Part shown: in pieces, positions 30,472 through 33,741 of the stretch
How the letters are laid out: every line of letters starts with the position of its first letter
Numbering within the stretch: the first letter of the stretch is position 1
Made by a program: the position numbers and the translations under genes
Notes under the pieces: model-generated
Told to the model about the DNA's origin: nothing
The model's database searches: none
The model's input: only the letters and a program-made list of their open reading frames with translations
Assembly: GCA_001275005.1 (NCBI GenBank)
Contig: JWZX01002434.1
Coordinates: 1 to 33,741 of the forward strand
Reading direction: 5' to 3'
Length of the DNA: 33,741 bases
DNA from: Chrysochromulina tobinii
Lineage: Eukaryota

Positions 30472-30691
30472 GCCGGTACGCTCAACATGGCGCATTTGCT
30501 ACACATGCACAGATGCACAATCGTTGTCTGTACAAGAGCTCCTCCGCGGCCCTGCCGTCCTGTCTTGTGTGTGCCTCACCAGCGCTGGGAGCCCATGCCA
30601 AAGCGCCAGTTCGGCAGCCGGCACAAAGGCACGCCCATCTGGCCCTCGTGTGGCTGAGGCGGTGGCTTGATCGGCGGATCGGGCACGTCTC

Positions 30692-33549
30692 TCACGCGGA
30701 GGCGTGCACGGCCTGCGTCGCATGCACATAGTAGAGCAGCACGCACAGCGGCTGGCCTACAAAGCAGAAGGTGACCCAAAAGAGGAAGTTGCCCGCCTGC
30801 TCGAAGGCGGTGCCTTGCGTGTACCTCCTGAGAAGCTTGGAGAGCGACGCAATCAGAGGTCATCAGAGGCCATCAGAGGCCATCAGCGGCCATCGACGAA
30901 CCTGAGAAGCTTGGAGAGCGGGAGCATGGGCACCTGCGACATCATGCCTACGAAGGCGAGCGGCATCCGGTACGAGTGCAGCGGGAAAGCGACGACGATC
31001 TCGTGCAGAACGGCCGAGAGGGTGAAGCACAGCAGGCCCGTGAGCACCTTTGAAGAGGTGACGTGTCGCTGGATGGGGAAGAAGGCGTGGCGCACGACCC
31101 ACATGTGGACGGGCATGTTCCACGTGCGCCAGTAGCCCTCGAAGTCGATCGCGTTCCACCACGCCTTGTAGAAGACGCGATCGCCGAAGCGCGTGAGCTC
31201 GGCCAGGAGATTGAGCCACACGTGGAAGAAGGCGTAGAAGCCGACCAGCCAGACGTATGTCACGGGTACCGCGAGGCGCAGCAGCCGGTCGAGGATCCTC
31301 GCCACATCGCCCGCCATGATCGGCTCGATGGACGTCTCGAGGAGAGGCAGCATGTACTGTACCACGAAGGCGGGCAGTAACGTCCATAGCATGATCGTCC
31401 GGAGGACGAGTGAGATCAGGTACGTCTTGCGCACGCGCGGTGTGCGAGGGTAGTCGAGCTGGTAGCACAGCGTAGGCGCGACTAGGAACCAGAGCAGGTT
31501 GCCGAAGGTCACGTTGTTCGGGTAGTGCAGGCTCGCGCCGTCGGTGTCGCTCACCGTCGAGCGGTACTTGGCAAGTCGTGCGTCGAGGGAACCTTCGGCC
31601 TCCCCTCGCGACTCCTTTCCCGCCTCGCGCAGGTCGTGGTGCACGTGCGCCCACGAGACGAGCTTCAGGAAGATCGTCACCGAGCAGATGAGCAGCAGCA
31701 CGCCGCCACCCGCGCCGCCGTAGTGGCGCTCCGTGCCCACGAGTGCCGCAGGCAGGGCGAGGGACGCGCCCACATTGATGGCATGCAGGGGATCGACGAA
31801 GCGGCGCGAGAAGCGACTGAAGGGCGTGCGCTGAACCGCGGCACGCTCCAGCCCAAACGCAAACAGGATCGGCACGGCGAGCACGGCCGCGGTGCGCAGC
31901 AGCGCGTGAAGCTTCACCTGAAGTGCGGCCCCGTCGAGAAAAGCCTCGGCGTCGCGGAGCAGATCGGCGAAAGAGGGAAGGGTGACGCGCAGACCGTTGA
32001 GGAGAAGGTTCTCGAGGAGCAGACGGAAGTTGGTCACCACAAAGAGGAGGAAGACCAGGTTGACGAACCCCGACAGGTTCGCGTGCTCGCCGCTCGGGTC
32101 GCTGCCAAATCCGCCTCCGGAGAGCAGCGACGGCTTCGACGTGCGGTGCATCGGGCGCGACGCCGGGAAGAGATTTGGGTCGAGAAACGCGCGCGGCTTG
32201 CGCGTGCCGCCAGGTGTGGTCGTCTCGCCGGGCGTGTCGGGCGCCGGCAGGGGCGGGGGCACCCCCGGCGCCTCGCCGAGCCCCACTTCGATGGGCGGAG
32301 GGCGGCACCCTTGAGAGGGCGGAGGGCGCGGCGGAGGCGCACTCAAGGGTACCGCGCTCGCCGCGGGCGACGTGGCCGACACGGGCTGCGCTGTGACGGC
32401 GGCGACGGGGGCACTCGTGGTGGCGCTGGGCAGGGCGCCCCCCTCAGCCGACGAGAGCGGCACGCCCCAGCGCACCGGCGGCGAGTACATGAGAGTTGCG
32501 AGGTTCTGATGAGACGGCACAGGCGAGAGCTGCACCGCGTCGAGCGTGCGCACCGAGCTACCCGTCGCCTCCGCAAGCGCCTCGAGCCATTTGTTCGCCT
32601 CGTGCTCGTCGGCGCAACTCGCGCGGAGCAGCGCACCCGAGCCTGGCCCGCGCTCCGAGTGCAGCGTGCCCTTGAGCCAGACCGAGAAGATGTGAAACTG
32701 CGCGCCCTTGGACTGCTTGGTGCCTTCGTCGATGACGACGCAATTCGAGAGAGGCAGCCGCTCATCCGGTACGAGCGCCGTCTCGGTCGGGTAGTAATGC
32801 AGCTGGAGTGCTCCCTGTGTATCGCGCGTGAGGACGAAGAAGCGCCGGTCCCAGCGCGACGCGCTCGAGCCCAGCCATGACCCGGCGTCAGGCTTGTACC
32901 GGTTCAGCCAGCCACGCGTCTGCTTGATCTGCTTCGTCATGCGCGCGAGCGTCGCCTCGAGCTCGACGATGCGCGCGCGCAGCACGCTCTCCGTGGCCAG
33001 GGTGCCCTCCGAGCTGCTTGCGCCGCCACCGACCGGCGCCGGCTCCACCGCGGCCGTGGCAGCGGTGCCCGCCGCCGCAGCCATGTGCCCCGACTGAAGC
33101 TCGTGCACGATGGAGATGTATTTGGCCTTAGCGTCGGCGGGTGCTCGGCCGCGCCGACGGGACCAGCTCGACCATTTGGTGTGGTCGATGACCAAGTACG
33201 CGGGCGGCCCCTCGGCCGGAGCGTCGCCGCACGTGCCCTGCTTGTAGTAGGAGTATAGGCGCAGGCGCTCCTTCATGGGCAGCTGGTCACGGATCTTGTT
33301 GACGTGTTCGCTCGCTCGCTCAAAGTCGGCGTCATACGGCGTGGCCGCTAAGCTCTTGTCAAGCCTGCTGCTCCGACGGCGCGCCCGAGCATCTCGCTTC
33401 CACAGGAAAAAGTAGGCTGTTGCGACCGCAAGCAGCGTGGCGAGGGCCGCAGTAGGAGGCGCGGATGGCCAGTCGGCGAGCGGCGCGCCTTCAGCCTTGG
33501 GCTTCGAGGGGGCACTGCGGCGGTTGAACGGGTTTGGAATGTTTGGCAT
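30692..33549 (-). CDS. DGAT1: Diacylglycerol acyltransferase type 1 fused to N-terminal TM anchor, ACBP and PH domains
   Basis: DGAT1 motifs HRTSKPSLLS, NFRLLLENLL, KLVSWAH, APTLCYQ, FGDRVFYKAWWN, WNMPVH and SAVLHE. Intron 30901-30828 adds the final exon GNFLFWVTFCFVGQPLCVLLYY, with stop at 30692. First ATG at 33549. Confidence 0.95.
30828..30901 (-). repeat. Intron made of a decamer satellite plus a 20-bp exon duplication
   Basis: GTTCGT CGATGGCCG CTGATGGCCT CTGATGGCCT CTGATGACCT CTGATTGCGT CGCTCTCCAAGCTTCTCAG. Exact direct repeat 30827-30846 / 30901-30920. Confidence 0.88.
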
Positions 33550-33741
33550 TCGCTGGAGTCTGGGCAGACCAGGTGGGCACGCACAAGAGAGCGGAGGTGC
33601 GACGCCGTCCACTCCCCGCGTGTTTCATGTTAATACACACAACACGTAAGCAACACAGCCGTGAAGACAAAACAATACAATACAGGCCAGGCCTCAACTG
33701 AGACACATGCAGGCAGAGAGCTGAGAAACAGCCTATAAGAG

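Overview
GC-rich, gene-dense eukaryotic nuclear DNA with short spliceosomal introns. It is most likely from a haptophyte alga (Chrysochromulina/Prymnesiales-like). This is an inference from the decamer-repeat and CCCTAA-repeat introns, the bipartite plastid presequences and a selenoprotein. About 17 genes are present: the 5' end of SMC1, XPB, a phytase-like esterase, a 20x tenascin-EGF protein, NNF1/PMF1, a mitochondrial unknown, an MKP-like phosphatase, cyclin B, an unknown, a 2-repeat WD40 protein, an RsuA-type pseudouridine synthase, a degenerate radical SAM protein, a thylakoid-lumen ankyrin protein, an agmatine deiminase-like protein, a SelW-like selenoprotein with SECIS, a P1B Zn/Cd ATPase, a polyQ unknown and DGAT1. 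Highlights: (1) A clean 729-bp internal inversion (5074-5802) splits the phytase-like gene. Flipping it restores a stop-free 531-aa CDS and recreates a 10-bp palindrome at one breakpoint. (2) Three introns each consist of a tandem-repeat filler (telomeric or decamer, both supplying CTRAY branch-like motifs) plus a 13-26 bp duplication of the adjacent exon, so splicing restores the pre-insertion sequence. This is a candidate intron-gain mechanism. (3) A plastid-targeted CxxU selenoprotein that the ORF track misses. (4) Unusual domain architectures: TFIIS-N/PH-like/XPB, TM-ACBP-PH-DGAT1, and a metallothionein-like insert in the ATPase N-domain. All calls come from manual reading; no searches were run.
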